NCBI GenBank assembly: GCA_004524535.1
Contig: SDNY01000058.1
Coordinates: 1 to 21,955 of the forward strand
Source of the DNA: Promethearchaeota archaeon
Lineage (GTDB): Archaea > Asgardarchaeota > Lokiarchaeia > Sigyniarchaeales > SOKP01
DNA length: 21,955 bases
Direction of reading: 5' to 3'
The notes beneath the pieces were generated by a model. It saw only the letters and a program-made list of their open reading frames with translations. It made no database searches and had not been told where the DNA came from. Shown piece by piece: positions 19,081 through 21,955 of this stretch (position 1 is the stretch's first letter; the number at the start of each line of letters is the position of its first letter). Both the position numbers and the translations under genes were made by a program.

Positions 19081-21955
19081 AGTGATTATTTTTCATACAA
19101 CGGTGAAAATGGAATTTCTGCTTCTAGATCAGGTAATTTCACAGATAATATTATCTCCTATAATACTCAAGACGGAATTTATGTAACTGGTAGGTATAAC
19201 AGATTCATTTTAAATCATATTTTTGGGAACGGAAGAGCGGGTGTTTATATTGACATGGAGTACACTAGCTTTTACGAAAACTTTATCTACAATAATACAT
19301 ACGGAGTGATAATAAATAGATGTGATAGTAATTCAATTTTAGATAGTCTAATTTCTAATAATACAATTTACGGCGTTGCAATATATGGTAGTGTAAATAA
19401 CGAAATCCTTTATAATAATTTCTCAAATAATTTAGTATGCAATGGATACGATGAAGGATCAAATATGTGGGATGATTTTGTCATAGGAAATAGATGGGAT
19501 GATTATTCAGGTAAAGATACAGATGATAATGGAATAGGTGACACTGTTTATCCTATTTCTGGTGGAACAAACCAAGATACTCGTCCAATCTACTGGGATC
19601 CGCCTGTCATTAATATATCTTCACCCTTAAATTATACTCTCTACGGTAAAGATGCTCCATCCTTCTCAGGATTTATATGGGAAGGTGTTGCCGATACTCA
19701 GTGGTATACTTTAGGGACCAATCCAGAAAAATATAACTTTACAGGCATTTTCTTTGTCGATACCATCAATCAGACAGGATGGGACGCTTTTGGAAATGGA
19801 ACTGTCTTGATTCATTTCTTTGTAAATGATTCGAGAGGATATATTGATCAAAAAGATATAATTGTAAGAAAAGACATTATTGGTCCCAATATTACTATCA
19901 TTAATCCAATTGAAAATAAAGTGTATAATGCCACTGCTCCTGATTTTGAGATTATCATTAATGGATTGAATATTGATGAATCGTGGTATCGACTTTGGAA
20001 TGGCACTCATTGGTCAATAAATTATACAATCGGGGGAACAGGCTCTCAGAGATCGGGACAGATTGATCAAAATGCGTGGAATGATTGTCCAAATGGTACG
20101 GTGACAATTGAATTCTACGCAAATGACACCGAAAATAATATTGGAATGAATTCGACTACCATTAGAAAAGATATTTTAGGACCTTTAATAACTATTAATG
20201 ATCCTACTCCGAATGAACTATTTTCCTCAACCGCACCAAGCTTGGCAGATTGCGATGTAATTTTCAGTGATGTAAGCGGCATTGCCGATAAATGGTATAT
20301 GCTCATAAATGGAACGGATAATACGGACTTTACCAACAATTACAGCTGGAATGATGAAGTGGATCAATTTGTCTGGGATTATATGGATAATGGAACCGTC
20401 ATCATCCGCATTTTTGCGAATGATTCATTAGGTTATGTTGGAAGTGCAGAAGTAACCGTCATAAAAGATATTGTTGAACCAATAATCTCTATCACCAAGC
20501 CTGCTTTTAATGATATTTTTGGGAACAATACAATGAATTTCACGATTTCAGTATCAGGGGATGATCTCGACACTATTTGGTATATGCTAATAAACGGAAC
20601 AGACAGTAATGATTACACCAGCAATTTTACATATTCAGAAACGGTTTCAGCAGGATCAATTGAAGACACAATTCAATATAGTTTATGGAATCAATTTGAG
20701 AATGGAACGGTCATTATTCGATTCTTCTTGAACAGAACAAATGGGTTAATGACATCGGATGAAGTTTTGGTGAGAAAAGACATAATAACTCCAGAGATTA
20801 CGATTATTGAGCCCGATTATTATGAATTATTTAATGCGACGGCTCCCTCATACAATTTAATTTTTACTGAAACTAACTTAGACGATATATGGTATCGTCT
20901 ATGGAATGGCACCGATTGGTCAATAAATTATACCATTGGGGGAACAGGCTTTCAGAGATCAGGACAGATTAACCAAAACGCTTGGAACGATTGTCCTAAT
21001 GGTACGGTTTTAATTGAATTCTACGCAAATGACACCGCAAATAATATTGGAATGAATTCAACTACTATCAGAAAAGACATTATAGGCCCTCAGATCACCA
21101 TAATTAATCCGGCTTCAAATGCACTTTTCTCAATAGACGCACCTGACAATACGGATTGTAATGTCTTATTTGAAGATGGGAGCGGAGTTATTGCTCGTTG
21201 GTATATGCTTATAAACGGAACGGATAATACAGATTATACAGATAATTACACGTGGAACGGTGAAGTGGATCAGTCCGTTTGGAATCAAATGGGTAATGGC
21301 ACCGTAACTATTCGGATTTTCGCCAATGACTCAGTTGGAAACATTGGTATGAATTCAACCACCATACGAAAGGATATCATATTCCCAACCATCGTTATTG
21401 ATGATCCTAACCTAAATGATATATTTAGTGATGATACGTTCAATTTCACAATTACGGTTTCGGGGAAGAATCTCGATACCATCTGGTATATGTTAATAAA
21501 CGGAACAAATAACAACGATTATACCAACAATTTAACTTATTCTGAAACGGTCTCAGCAGGATCCATTGAAGATACGATCAATTATAACCTCTGGGATCAA
21601 TTTGAGAATGGGACGGTTATTATTCGATTCTTCTTGAACAGAACAATCGGATTGATGGCTTTTGATGATATCATTGTTAGAAAAGATATTATCGCTCCTG
21701 AAATTATAATAATTGAACCTATCGTAAACCAATCCGCATATAGTACGCCACCAGCATTTATCATAACTGTTATTGAGACAAATAACCATACAAAGTGGTA
21801 CAGATTATTCAACGGAACGGATTATACCGAGAATCGTACATTTATTTCAAATGGTAGAATAAATGATACAGACTGGGATGCCATGTGGATTTTTATTGAT
21901 TTTGGAGAGATGATCTGGATCTTCTTTTACTGTAATGACACCGCAGGAAATCTTG
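19081..21955 (+). CDS. Large cell-surface glycoprotein fragment: parallel beta-helix (NosD/CASH-like) followed by 8 Ig-like repeats; missing from the ORF track; runs off the window
   Basis: Frame +1 reads SYNGENGI..SYNTQDGIY..NNTYGV, GNRWDDYSGKDTDDNGIGDTVYPI, then ~100-aa units P.I.I..P..WY..W....NGTV.I.F.AND..GN..RKD; many N-x-S/T sequons; no stop seen to the window end. Confidence 0.88.
19870..21955 (+). repeat. Ig-like domain array with a 906-nt (3-domain) higher-order period
   Basis: KD-I unit boundaries at 19870, 20167, 20464, 20776, 21073, 21370, 21682; every third boundary is 906 nt apart with clear DNA similarity. Confidence 0.88.

Noticed and set aside
18931-19095. Genuine overlapping divergent genes using TTG 18931/ATG 18937
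   Set aside because: The plus-strand extension is the in-register antisense of a low-complexity repeat, and beta-helix character begins only at ~19081.
19711-21812. Five short minus-strand ORFs
   Set aside because: Antisense shadows of the plus-strand surface protein.

Overview
AT-rich archaeal window with the hallmarks of Asgard archaea (Lokiarchaeia/Promethearchaeota-like): three Rab-like small GTPases, two V4R-domain genes, TBP, CDC48, a PSTK/KTI12-like kinase, a Loki-type LRR protein, a longin-like/wHTH protein, a large LAGLIDADG-domain protein and a large beta-helix/Ig-repeat surface protein. Main result: three protein-coding genes that look broken (Rab 12393-12970, V4R 2903-3412, LRR 15227-16412) are each repaired exactly by removing a 28-30 nt hairpin insert. 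The insert ends fold into the bulge-helix-bulge (BHB) motif cut by the archaeal tRNA splicing endonuclease: canonical for the Rab intron, relaxed for the other two. Two weaker BHB candidates lie in 5' leaders. This points to multiple tRNA-type mRNA introns in Asgard protein-coding genes. Folding and alignments were done by eye and splicing is inferred, not shown. Two back-to-back junctions of 5'-truncated genes (~144 and ~19080) are probably contig joins or chimeras.
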